A DNA stretch of 61,796 nucleotides, the filler included, from Myxococcota bacterium (GTDB taxonomy: Bacteria > Myxococcota_C > UBA6777): the NCBI GenBank assembly GCA_023150835.1. It is 3 parts of 3 records of this genome, joined end to end, with 100 filler letters (N's around TTAATTAATTAA, not from the genome) between each part and the next. Parts side by side here need not be neighbours in the genome. Positions count along the whole stretch, not along the records: positions 27,134 to 42,201 come from JAKLKB010000155.1; positions 42,302 to 61,796 come from JAKLKB010000158.1; 1 more part is not named here. One strand, written 5' to 3'. The position numbers and the translations under genes were made by a program. Of the stretch, positions 37,286 through 45,841 are shown in pieces (position 1 is the first letter of the stretch; each line of letters starts with the position of its first letter). Under the pieces are notes generated by a model. That model did no database searches. It was not told the DNA's origin and saw only the letters and a list, made by a program, of their open reading frames with translations.

Positions 37286-38452
37286 TCAATTGAGACGGCA
37301 GTGAACGAATTGAAGGTAGCGCAGTTCGGGACAGATGTGGGGGAAGGGATGGTCGATGCCTTGGCCGGAGATGTGGAGGATCTGAGCGGTGCGACTGGCG
37401 CGAGACATGGAGGCTTCGAGGATGTTGGAAAAGTCGTCGAAGGAGATGTGGCTAGAGCAGCTACTGAGCATCAAGTGTCCATGAGGCTTGACGCATTTGG
37501 TGGCGAGGGCAAAGGCTTCGGTGTATTTTTGGATGGCGCGCTCTTTTTGTTCTTCGGCGTGGGCCATCGAGGGGGGATCGACGATCACGACGTCCCAGCG
37601 TTGTTGGGGAGAAGCAAGGAACGCAAAAACATCGGCACAGAGGGGTTGATGGAGATCAGGGGGGAGATGATTGAGCAGCCAATTGTGGTGTGCTGCGTCG
37701 ACGGCAGCTTGGGCGATATCGACGCTGAGGACTTGGGTGGCTCCGCCGCAACCAGCATAAACGGAAAATCCGCCGGTGTAGCTGAAAAGATTGAGAACGC
37801 TCAAGCCTTGGCTGAGTTCTCGGATGTATTGGCGATTTTCGCGTTGATCGAAGAAAAATCCCGTCTTTTGGCCTTTGAAGACGTCCACAAGAAAGGTGAC
37901 ACCGAGTTCGCGGATGGTGACAGGGGCGATATCTTGGGGAGAGGCGGCTTCTTCGGAGTAGAGCAGTTTGGGGGTGTTGTGAAAGCGCGATTTGTCGAGG
38001 ATGGTGTGGACTTGCGTGTGTTTGCGTAACCACAGCAGCAGTTCGTCGCGGCACCAAAAGCTGTGTGCAGCCTCGCCGTCGAATTGTAGCGCTGCAACGC
38101 GATCATAGATATCGCAGACAAGACCGGGCAGGCGGTCGCCTTCGCCGTGAAACAAGCGATAGCCTGTGGTGTCGCGGCGTTTGAGCGGGGCGCGGAGTTG
38201 TTGGGCTTGGGCAAAGCGTTCTTCCCATGTCTGCCAAGTCGGTTCGGGCTTTTGGGTCGAGAGGATGCGCAGGGCAAGCGGACGAACAGGATCGAAGATC
38301 GCCCACGCAAGAGGGGTTTGCTTGTGATCAAAGACACGGCAGATCTGAGCGGGGGTGTTTTGGGGGACAGAGCGCAGGGCTTCGCGGTAGACCCAAGGAT
38401 GGCCTTGGAGGAGGGTCTTGCGGAGGTTGCGTTGGAGAGTGATCTGGAGCAT
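37286..38452 (-). CDS. rlmI: RlmI-like 23S rRNA m5C methyltransferase
   Basis: GHPWVY, GEGDRLPGLVCD, GQKTGFFFDQRENR, VLNLFSYTGGFS, VDPP, SSCS, DHP. Confidence 0.88.
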   Translation of the reverse strand: MLQITLQRNLRKTLLQGHPWVYREALRSVPQNTPAQICRVFDHKQTPLAWAIFDPVRPLALRILSTQKPEPTWQTWEERFAQAQQLRAPLKRRDTTGYRLFHGEGDRLPGLVCDIYDRVAALQFDGEAAHSFWCRDELLLWLRKHTQVHTILDKSRFHNTPKLLYSEEAASPQDIAPVTIRELGVTFLVDVFKGQKTGFFFDQRENRQYIRELSQGLSVLNLFSYTGGFSVYAGCGGATQVLSVDIAQAAVDAAHHNWLLNHLPPDLHQPLCADVFAFLASPQQRWDVVIVDPPSMAHAEEQKERAIQKYTEAFALATKCVKPHGHLMLSSCSSHISFDDFSNILEASMSRASRTAQILHISGQGIDHPFPHICPELRYLQFVHCRLN

Positions 38453-38603
38453 GGGTGTGGGCCTTTGTGTTGAGAAAAAGGCGCAGAGAGCCTTTTTTGA
38501 CAATGGCTCTAGCGGGTTGTGGCGGCCATGTCAAGAGAAGTCCACGGAAAACACGGAAAGAAGGCAGAAAAAGAAGGAGCGAATGTACGGAAGGGGCGGA
38601 CGG

Positions 38604-38709
38604 GGCGGGGTGAGGGTGACGCGAAGCGACGGGGTGCGGGTTGAATCACGGCGGGGTGAGGGTGACGCGAAGCGACGGGGTGCGGGTTGAATCACGGCGG
38701 GGTGAGGGT
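38604..38709. repeat. 46-bp tandem repeat (about 2.3 copies)
   Basis: GGCGGGGTGAGGGTGACGCGAAGCGACGGGGTGCGGGTTGAATCAC repeated. Confidence 0.85.
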
Positions 38710-38821
38710 CGCATGGAATGTGTTAAGGAGAGAGGCCGTTGTCTTGCGTTGAGAAGGGGGATGGTTAGCATCGCAGGGATCGGATGAGGTGCGCGTCATA
38801 GGATTCGCATCGCAGGGATTG

Positions 38822-38936
38822 ATACGAAATCCGCCAGTTGTGTGATCGTAAAAATGTAGGGGCAGCCCCCCGTGGCTGCCCTATGATAGGGCGTCTATGT
38901 ACTGCCCTTCGTGTACACGTCTCTTGGATATCGTAT
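38822..38936 (+). mobile_element. 115-bp family B element
   Basis: ATACGAAATCCG...TGGATATCGTAT with GTAG-REP core. Confidence 0.75.
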
Positions 38937-39054
38937 GAGCAGGGTGCGCGTCATAGGATTCGCATCGCAGGGATTGAGAAGGGTGTGCATCGTGTGCTTT
39001 TCGTCGAGTGACGGAGGGACAAAGCGATGGTTTGTGTGGGTGAGGATCTTTGGG

Positions 39055-41148
39055 ATGAAAGTCATGTTGGTGTATCCGCCGACGAGTGATCTGACAGCGC
39101 CGTATTTGTCTGTGCCGATGTTGACGGGGTTTTTGCGCGGTCATGGGGTGGAAGTGGTGCCTGTGGATGCGAATGTGGAGGCGTATGATTTTTTGCTGCG
39201 GCGAGGGCCTTTGTACGAGATGAGATCGCGGATCGAGCGGCGCTTGGGGAGACTGGAGCGCAAGCCGATGTTGCGGCATACAGAGCAACTGGCGTATGCG
39301 GCGTCGTGGGGAGCTTTGGGGGATGCGTATGCGGTGTGTGATGGGATCGAGGAAGCGGTGGCGATCTTGCGTGATCCTGTGCGTTTTTACGAGCCAGAGC
39401 ATTACGCTCGTGCGGTGGACACATTGGATGCGTCGATGCAGGTGATCTCGGCGGCGTATACGCCGTTGACGGTGGATTTTACAGCGTATCGGACGCCGTT
39501 TTCGTTGACGTCGCTGGCCGAGATCACGCACGATGCAGCGGAAGAATGGAATCCTTATCATGCGTACACGGCGGAGGTGTTGTTTCCACGTATCGCATCG
39601 GAGGCTCCTGACGTGGTGGGGATCTCGGTGTGTTTTCCGGGGCAGACACAGCCTGCGTACAGTATGGCGATGGCGATCAAAGAGGCGTTCCCTTCGGTGC
39701 ATTTGACGGTGGGCGGACCGTCGATGACGCAGATGTTGATCCGCCAGAGTGGACAAGTGCTTGCGGAGGCGTTGGGTCCGTTTGATAGCGGGGTGGTGTT
39801 TGAGGGGGAGCATACGCTGTTGGCGTTGTTGGAGATCGTGGAGAAGCATCGGGAAGATCCGACGGCGTTGACGAAGGCTTTTGGTTTGCAGCCCAACATC
39901 GTGCATCGTTTGCCCGATGGGGCGGGGCATTATCGGAAGGGCAGTGCAAATATCGATATGCGCGCCTTGCCTTCGCCGGATTATGATGGGATGCCGTTGT
40001 CGTTGTATTTTTCGCCGCATCGGGTGTTGCCGTATGATCCGACGCGGGGGTGTTATTGGGGGAGGTGTACGTTCTGTCATTATGGTTTGTCGGAGGTGGG
40101 TACAGCGTCGTATCGTGAGCGCAAGGTGGAGACGTGTGTGGAGCATCTACGGGCGCTTTCGGAGCGTTATGGGACGAAGACATTTTATCTTTCGCAAGAC
40201 TCGGTGGCTCCGAAGACGTTGGTGCGTTTTGCCGAAGCGATGGCGGAAGCGGATCTGGGGATACGTTGGGCAACGGATTTGAAGGCGGAGAAGTACTTGA
40301 CGGCGGAGCGAGCGGATATCTTGCGCAAGGGTGGTGCGGTGGCGTGTGCGTTGGGGATCGAGTCGGCAAGCCCCCGTGTCTTGGGCCTAATCGACAAGGG
40401 AGCGCCCGTGTCGGTGTTAGGGGAAGTGATCGAGCGGCTGTCGGATGCAGATATCGCAGTCGAAGCGATGTGTTTTACTGAGTTTCCGAGCGAAACGATC
40501 TCAGAAGCGTTGGATACGTTGCGATTTTTGGAGGCGCATCGGGAAGAAGTGGCGGCGTTTATTGTGGGTCAGTTCGATCTGACGCATGGCTCGTTGATCG
40601 CGCAGACGCCTGAGAAGTTCGGTTTGCGGGAGACATGGCAAGTGGAAGGAGATCGTTTTGGGGTGGGTTTATTTTATCGGGAGCAGCGGCCAAGCAAGCG
40701 GGGGGACGATGCGGAACGGTTGGATGAGGCGTTAAACGATCTTTCAAAAGGCTGGTGGCTGCGGCGTTATCCGTGGGCGGGATCGCTGTCGACGGCGCAT
40801 ACGCTGTTTTATTATCTGCGTTTTGGGAAGGGGGCGCTGCGTGGGTTGGCGGGTGTAGAAGGCGGGGTGATCGGGGCGCGTTCAACGGTGCGTAAAGCCC
40901 AGTACGATCTCGAAGCGCTAGAGGAGGCCCAAGAGCGCGAGAGTGAGATCTGGCAGGCATTGACGCACGAGCAACGGCGGATCTCCCGCGAAGCGTACCG
41001 CGAGTTGGCGCAGCAAGCGCCTTCGGTGAGTCCTTCTCCCCAGACTTATCGGTTGTTGGCGGGTCATCCCCCTGTGCTGTTGCGCCGTCGTTCTACACGG
41101 GCACGCCGCCCCAAACATCAGCCCAACGCACTCAAACAACACCGCTAA
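39055..41148 (+). CDS. Cobalamin-binding-domain radical SAM protein (697 aa)
   Basis: MKVMLVYPP, DVVGISV..GGP, FEGEHTL, RGCYWGRCTFC, LGIESAS. Confidence 0.88.
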   Translation: MKVMLVYPPTSDLTAPYLSVPMLTGFLRGHGVEVVPVDANVEAYDFLLRRGPLYEMRSRIERRLGRLERKPMLRHTEQLAYAASWGALGDAYAVCDGIEEAVAILRDPVRFYEPEHYARAVDTLDASMQVISAAYTPLTVDFTAYRTPFSLTSLAEITHDAAEEWNPYHAYTAEVLFPRIASEAPDVVGISVCFPGQTQPAYSMAMAIKEAFPSVHLTVGGPSMTQMLIRQSGQVLAEALGPFDSGVVFEGEHTLLALLEIVEKHREDPTALTKAFGLQPNIVHRLPDGAGHYRKGSANIDMRALPSPDYDGMPLSLYFSPHRVLPYDPTRGCYWGRCTFCHYGLSEVGTASYRERKVETCVEHLRALSERYGTKTFYLSQDSVAPKTLVRFAEAMAEADLGIRWATDLKAEKYLTAERADILRKGGAVACALGIESASPRVLGLIDKGAPVSVLGEVIERLSDADIAVEAMCFTEFPSETISEALDTLRFLEAHREEVAAFIVGQFDLTHGSLIAQTPEKFGLRETWQVEGDRFGVGLFYREQRPSKRGDDAERLDEALNDLSKGWWLRRYPWAGSLSTAHTLFYYLRFGKGALRGLAGVEGGVIGARSTVRKAQYDLEALEEAQERESEIWQALTHEQRRISREAYRELAQQAPSVSPSPQTYRLLAGHPPVLLRRRSTRARRPKHQPNALKQHR

Positions 41149-41182
41149 AGGGGATAGGCCTTACGCGGTTGGTTCGTCTTCG

Positions 41183-41360
41183 TGGGGTGTCACCCCAGAC
41201 CTCGCCATAGACTGCCGCCCCTTGACTCCGAGAGGGGCGAGACGATTACTGCTTTTTCAAATCATAGACTGTCGCCCCTTGACTCCGAGAGGGGCGAGAC
41301 GATTACTGCTTTTTCAAATCAGCGACGCTCTCGCTTGAAACAGCGCGAACACGGCTTTTT
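41183..41360 (+). repeat. Family A copy with a 57-bp internal tandem duplication
   Basis: CATAGACTG.CGCCCCTTGACTCCGAGAGGGGCGAGACGATTACTGCTTTTTCAAAT occurs twice. Confidence 0.75.
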
Positions 41361-41463
41361 TGGGGTAACTGGGGCACTTCTATCTACCAGTCCAAAAGAT
41401 CTCGCTATGTTAGACACCCTCTTCATACGATATCCGAGTGATGTATACACAATAGATACCCTC

Positions 41464-41904
41464 TTAGGGGGCGAGTTTGGGTCCGGCGGGGTCGGTGACA
41501 AGGCCGACTTGACGGACGCCGGCTTCGCGGAGTTTGGCCATGACTTGGAGGACGGTACGGAATAGGAGGCGTTGGTCGGCGTAGAGGAAGACTTGGGGGG
41601 CTTGTTTGATCTTGGGGTTGGGTTTGAGTTTTTCGACGAGGTCTTGCATGGAAAAGGGGGTGCATTTGGGGCAATTGTAGAGACGGATGGTCTTTTGGAG
41701 GTCGACGGTAAAGATGATATCGTCGTCTTTGAGGTCGAGTGTTTCGCCCGTTTCAAAGGGAGGGAGTTTGACGTCGGTTTTTTTGCTAGAGAGCATGGGG
41801 GCGGTGACCATGAAGATCACGAGAAGGACAAGCATAACGTCGACGAGGGGGGTGACGTTGATATCGGAGAGGGAGCCGTGGCCCCCACCAGTTTGCATCG
41901 CCAT
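41464..41904 (-). CDS. ExbD/TolR family protein
   Basis: SDINVTPLVDVMLVLLVIFMVTAP, LYADQ, VGLVT; GGAGG RBS. Confidence 0.93.
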   Translation of the reverse strand: MAMQTGGGHGSLSDINVTPLVDVMLVLLVIFMVTAPMLSSKKTDVKLPPFETGETLDLKDDDIIFTVDLQKTIRLYNCPKCTPFSMQDLVEKLKPNPKIKQAPQVFLYADQRLLFRTVLQVMAKLREAGVRQVGLVTDPAGPKLAP

Positions 41905-41998
41905 GAAAAAGCCTCCGTGTGGTGGGCTTTGCTTTGGGAGATCGGCTTGGGAGCGGTCTCTTAGGGCAAAGCGTAGGCGTGCGTGTTGTATGGGTAGG

Positions 41999-42199
41999 TC
42001 AGCGTTCTTGGATATCTTCGGGGCTGACGACCATGCCGATTTTTTTGACGCCGGCCTTTCGCATGGTGCCGATCACCTCCATGACACGGCCATAAGAGAG
42101 GGTGGGATCGGCTTGTAGATAAAGTTCTTGGTTTTTTTGGAGATCGGGGTCGGCTTTGAGGATCTTGGCGAGGGTGGGGATATCGGAGATGGGCTGGTT
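41999..42199 (-). CDS. Second ExbD/TolR family protein, C-terminal part (5' end lost in the gap)
   Basis: ELYLQADPTLSYGRVMEVIGTMRKAGVKKIGMVVSP; not in the ORF track. Confidence 0.85.
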   Translation of the reverse strand, partial: NQPISDIPTLAKILKADPDLQKNQELYLQADPTLSYGRVMEVIGTMRKAGVKKIGMVVSPEDIQER

Positions 42200-42201
42200 G
42201 C

Positions 42202-42301
42202 NNNNNNNNNNNNNNNNNNNNNNNNNNNNNNNNNNNNNNNNNNNNTTAATTAATTAANNNNNNNNNNNNNNNNNNNNNNNNNNNNNNNNNNNNNNNNNNN
42301 N
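42202..42301. other. Assembly gap / contig-joining linker
   Basis: N-run with TTAATTAATTAA. Confidence 0.98.
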
Positions 42302-42558
42302 GCAGCGTCTGCATTTCGTGCATACAGCGTGCGTCATGAAAAAACAAAATCCCCGATGCTTCCGACTTTCGCTCCCTCCCCTGTTCACGGGGGAGGGCGG
42401 GGTGGGGGGCTTTCCTCCGCTTCACCTAACGCCTATGGGGCTTTGCCCCACGCTCCACCATAGGCTGTCACCCCTTGACCCCAAGAGGGGCGAACAGAGC
42501 ACTGTTTTTCAACCAGACGAATTTCTTGCTTGAACGGGTGCGAACATGGCTTTTTTTG
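42302..42558. repeat. Partial family C element abutting a family A copy
   Basis: C sequence ends CCTAACGCCTA at 42435, followed by TGGGGCTTTGCCCCA. Confidence 0.8.
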
Positions 42559-42773
42559 CTCTCCGCGTAGCCACTGCTTGCATTCGATAAGATGGTGCGG
42601 CTAGGCTTGCGTTGCGGTGTGAGAGGGCGAGCCTTCCATCGTCTCTGTTTCGGCCTACTCGTCGGCTGTTGGCGTGGTCTCATGCCATCAAACCAAGGCG
42701 ATCCCCCCAAATCCGCACCTTTGCACCATCGTTGGCATCGCCTCATGCCACCGAGAACCCCACGGAGGAAATT

Positions 42774-43238
42774 GTGACAACAAGAGAATTGCTAGAGACT
42801 TTTTACAAAAGCTTTCAGGCCCGTGATGCCGAAGGGATGAAGGCGTGCTATCACAAAGACGTGCGTTTTTCTGATCCCGTTTTTCCTGATCTGCGCGGTG
42901 AAGATGCAGGGCGGATGTGGGCGATGTTGTGCGCACGCGGCAAAGATCTGGTGGTGGAATTTTCGATCTTGGAGGCTACCGAGACCGAAGGCAAGGTCGC
43001 GTGGGATGCGTATTACACCTTCCAAGTCACCAAGCGCAAAGTCCACAACCAGATCATCGGAACTTTTCGCATCCAAGACGGAAAGATCATCGAACACCGC
43101 GACACCTTTTCGTTTTGGCGTTGGACACGCATGGCTCTTGGCCCACTCGGCTGGTTGCTTGGCTGGTCTCCGCTCGTCCAAAACAAGATCCGCAAACAAG
43201 CCGCCAAGGGACTCCGCGATTTTCAAAACGGAAAATAA
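42774..43238 (+). CDS. NTF2/SnoaL-like protein (154 aa)
   Basis: FY..FQARDAEGM.ACYH.DV.FSDPVF, W.A.YTF..T.RKVHN, DGKIIEHRD.F; GTG start after GGAGG. Confidence 0.88.
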   Translation: MTTRELLETFYKSFQARDAEGMKACYHKDVRFSDPVFPDLRGEDAGRMWAMLCARGKDLVVEFSILEATETEGKVAWDAYYTFQVTKRKVHNQIIGTFRIQDGKIIEHRDTFSFWRWTRMALGPLGWLLGWSPLVQNKIRKQAAKGLRDFQNGK

Positions 43239-43249
43239 ACAGAGGCGTG

Positions 43250-43364
43250 ATACGAAATCCGCCCATAGTGTGATCGTAAAAATGTAGGGGCAGCCCCCTG
43301 TGGCTGCCCGATAATCGGGCATCTCCGAATGATGCTTTGTGTACGCTTCTTACGGATATCGTAT
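43250..43364 (+). mobile_element. 115-bp family B element
   Basis: ATACGAAATCCG...CGGATATCGTAT with GTAG-REP core. Confidence 0.75.
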
Positions 43365-43384
43365 GATGTGGCTGGTTTAGAAAA

Positions 43385-43892
43385 TGGGGGCTTTGCCCCC
43401 AAGCCCCCACAAGGGAGCGTCGCTCCCTTGACCCCGTATTGGCGAAAAGAGCACTGTTTTTCAACCAAACGATTCTGTCGCTTGGAGTGTCGCGAACGCG
43501 GCTTTTTTTTGCAATTGCGTAACTCCTATAAATATTATGAAATTGGGCAAAATCAATTCTTTGGCACAGTGTGTCGTTCGGTATATTCGATAAATCAGAT
43601 GGTTTGGCGTTTTTTTACTGGGGGCGAATTTTGCTTGGGTGGCGAAGTCTTAAAAAATAATACGAAATACGCCTGTTGCGTCATCGTAAAAGTGTAGAGG
43701 CAGCCCCTATGGCTGCCCAATAATCGGGCATCCGCGTACTCTCCTTTGCTGTGTAGATCACTCGGATATCCTCCAAGCCGTGTTCGCGCTCCTCCAAGCG
43801 ACACAACCGTTGCTTTGAAGGGCTTGTGATCTCTTCGTCTACACGGGGTCAAGGGGGCAAAGCTCCCTTGCGGGGTGTGGGGTGGAACCCCA
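43385..43892. repeat. Family A (43385-43510, +), partial B (43660-43770), family A (43776-43892, -)
   Basis: Each segment matches its family motifs. Confidence 0.75.
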
Positions 43893-43942
43893 CAAAAGCC
43901 TAGATTTCTAGTTGATCTGGAGAATCAATCGGAGAAATAGAG

Positions 43943-45691
43943 TTATTGTGCGGTGGGTGTGGTGTAGGTGGTGCGACGAACGAGGCGGGGATCGGGAGGG
44001 GGGAGTGGGATGGAGCGGATCTTTTGGAAAGGATCGTCGGCGATGGATAAGAAGCGATGGATCAGTTTGAGATCTTGGCGGGTGGTGTGGGCTTGGAGGG
44101 TGGGTTTGAGATAAGAAGCGGAGCCGATCTCAAGGACGAGGGAGAGGGCTTTGAAGCGAGAGAAGCCCCAATCACCGAGGGTTCCTTGGTGTGGATAGAG
44201 TCGATGGGCAGGGAAAGTGCGGTAGCGGTTGGTTTCGATCAGATATTGTCCGATCTTGTAGAACAGATCCTCGAAGTCGTTGGGGAGGGGCTTTTTGGCG
44301 TAGGCGTAGGGCAAGAGGACAACGCGGCCATATTGGTGGAGATCGAGGAGAGCAGTCAGGCGGGGGAGTTTTTCGGCGAGTTGGCGGAGTGCGTCGGTTT
44401 CGGGCTCTGAAAAAGGCCGAAGGCCGGGGAGATTCACACGACCCCGATCCACGTAACGAAAGGGTTGCCAGTGATCGTCGTAGTTGCGATTGAGATCGAC
44501 GCCGATCTGCCCGTCAGGTTGGATGCTTCGGTTGTAGCGCCAGATCTTGACGACGCCACCTGCGAGATCGAAGTGTTTTCCGTCGGGATTAAGGACTGGG
44601 ATCAGCCAAAGCTCGATGCGGTCGAGCAGTTCGCGGACGTGTGGGGTCTTGTGTTTTTTGAGCAGCGTTTGGGCGAGGTCGAGCAATATCTCGGTTCCCA
44701 TGTGTTCATCGGCGTGTTGGGCTCCGACCATCAAGACGCTTTTGGCGTTGGGGTTTCGGCGCTTGGCGTGGATGTGCAAAGCCCATAAGGTACGGCCCTC
44801 ATAGCTTTTGCCAAACGGAACAAGCCGCGTATGACGAGGGTACCGCTTGGCAAGCGTGCGAAGAAGTGCATCAGAGGCTTCGGGGGTGCGAAAGCGGATC
44901 TCTTGGTGGAGTCTGCGTGCGGTACACCACGAAGGGCTGATTTTTTGCTTAGAGAATCGGGCGAGAGCATCGGGAGCAAAGGTTTGTAAGAAGACGAGGA
45001 ACCACCACGGACATTCGCGGTGGCGAAGCATGGAGCGCTGCATCAACGTGCGGATGGACTCGATGCTTGGGGCATCGGTGCGCCTTGCGAGCCAACGGCT
45101 GAGGCGGGAGGTGAGGGCCGTTTGACGAGGCATCGACATGGCGGGATGATCCAACAAGGCCCCTGTTTTTTGCAGGATCTCGCGATAGAGCGGTTGTGGA
45201 TAACGATCGAGGTGAGGCTGCAAGAGCGTGTCGATCATCTCCAACAAATGATAGATCTTGTCGCTTTTTCGGCGATCAAACCACCACTCCCCGACGCGAA
45301 AGTATTTTTCTCGCCTTTTTGCCAACCAATCGAGCGTTTTTTGGGGAGTGTTTTCGAGATCACGCTTCCACCACGCAAGCAAGGCGATGATCAGCGCGTG
45401 GCGTGGGGCGATCCGCGAAGTGCGCCATGCCGCCCGGCACTTCGACACAGGGATCTCAAAGTGCTTGCACCCAAGCCAGCGAGGATGCCGATAGTAGGCG
45501 GGCAGAGGCAACGCCGGCTTGCGGGTGGAGGCCCGTCGTTTGCGCGGTGGGCGTGCGTATGCAGAGGTGACAGGACGGATCGCAAAAAGTGTCGAGGGGG
45601 AGGACCGCACAGACAAAGGAACGCTCGAAATGGTGGGAACAACACCGAGATATCCGATCAATAGGGCAAAAACAAATACAACCTTACGCAT
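43943..45691 (-). CDS. Secreted M14 zinc carboxypeptidase with a long N-terminal region
   Basis: GKSYEGR, QHADE, LNPDG, GVDLNRNY, FSEPET, DLHQYG, LEIG; N-terminal hydrophobic signal. Confidence 0.88.
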   Translation of the reverse strand: MRKVVFVFALLIGYLGVVPTISSVPLSVRSSPSTLFAIRPVTSAYARPPRKRRASTRKPALPLPAYYRHPRWLGCKHFEIPVSKCRAAWRTSRIAPRHALIIALLAWWKRDLENTPQKTLDWLAKRREKYFRVGEWWFDRRKSDKIYHLLEMIDTLLQPHLDRYPQPLYREILQKTGALLDHPAMSMPRQTALTSRLSRWLARRTDAPSIESIRTLMQRSMLRHRECPWWFLVFLQTFAPDALARFSKQKISPSWCTARRLHQEIRFRTPEASDALLRTLAKRYPRHTRLVPFGKSYEGRTLWALHIHAKRRNPNAKSVLMVGAQHADEHMGTEILLDLAQTLLKKHKTPHVRELLDRIELWLIPVLNPDGKHFDLAGGVVKIWRYNRSIQPDGQIGVDLNRNYDDHWQPFRYVDRGRVNLPGLRPFSEPETDALRQLAEKLPRLTALLDLHQYGRVVLLPYAYAKKPLPNDFEDLFYKIGQYLIETNRYRTFPAHRLYPHQGTLGDWGFSRFKALSLVLEIGSASYLKPTLQAHTTRQDLKLIHRFLSIADDPFQKIRSIPLPPPDPRLVRRTTYTTPTAQ

Positions 45692-45841
45692 GACGATAAA
45701 ACTCCCTGCGTCTTGAAACGATGCGGCTTTGCGGAGTGCGTACGCTCCAAAAGATATAGAGCCTCTTGGAAACGAACGCAAAAGACTGCATCATGATCCG
45801 TTGTTTTAGATAGGAGTTACGCAGTTGAAAAGGAAAAAAGG

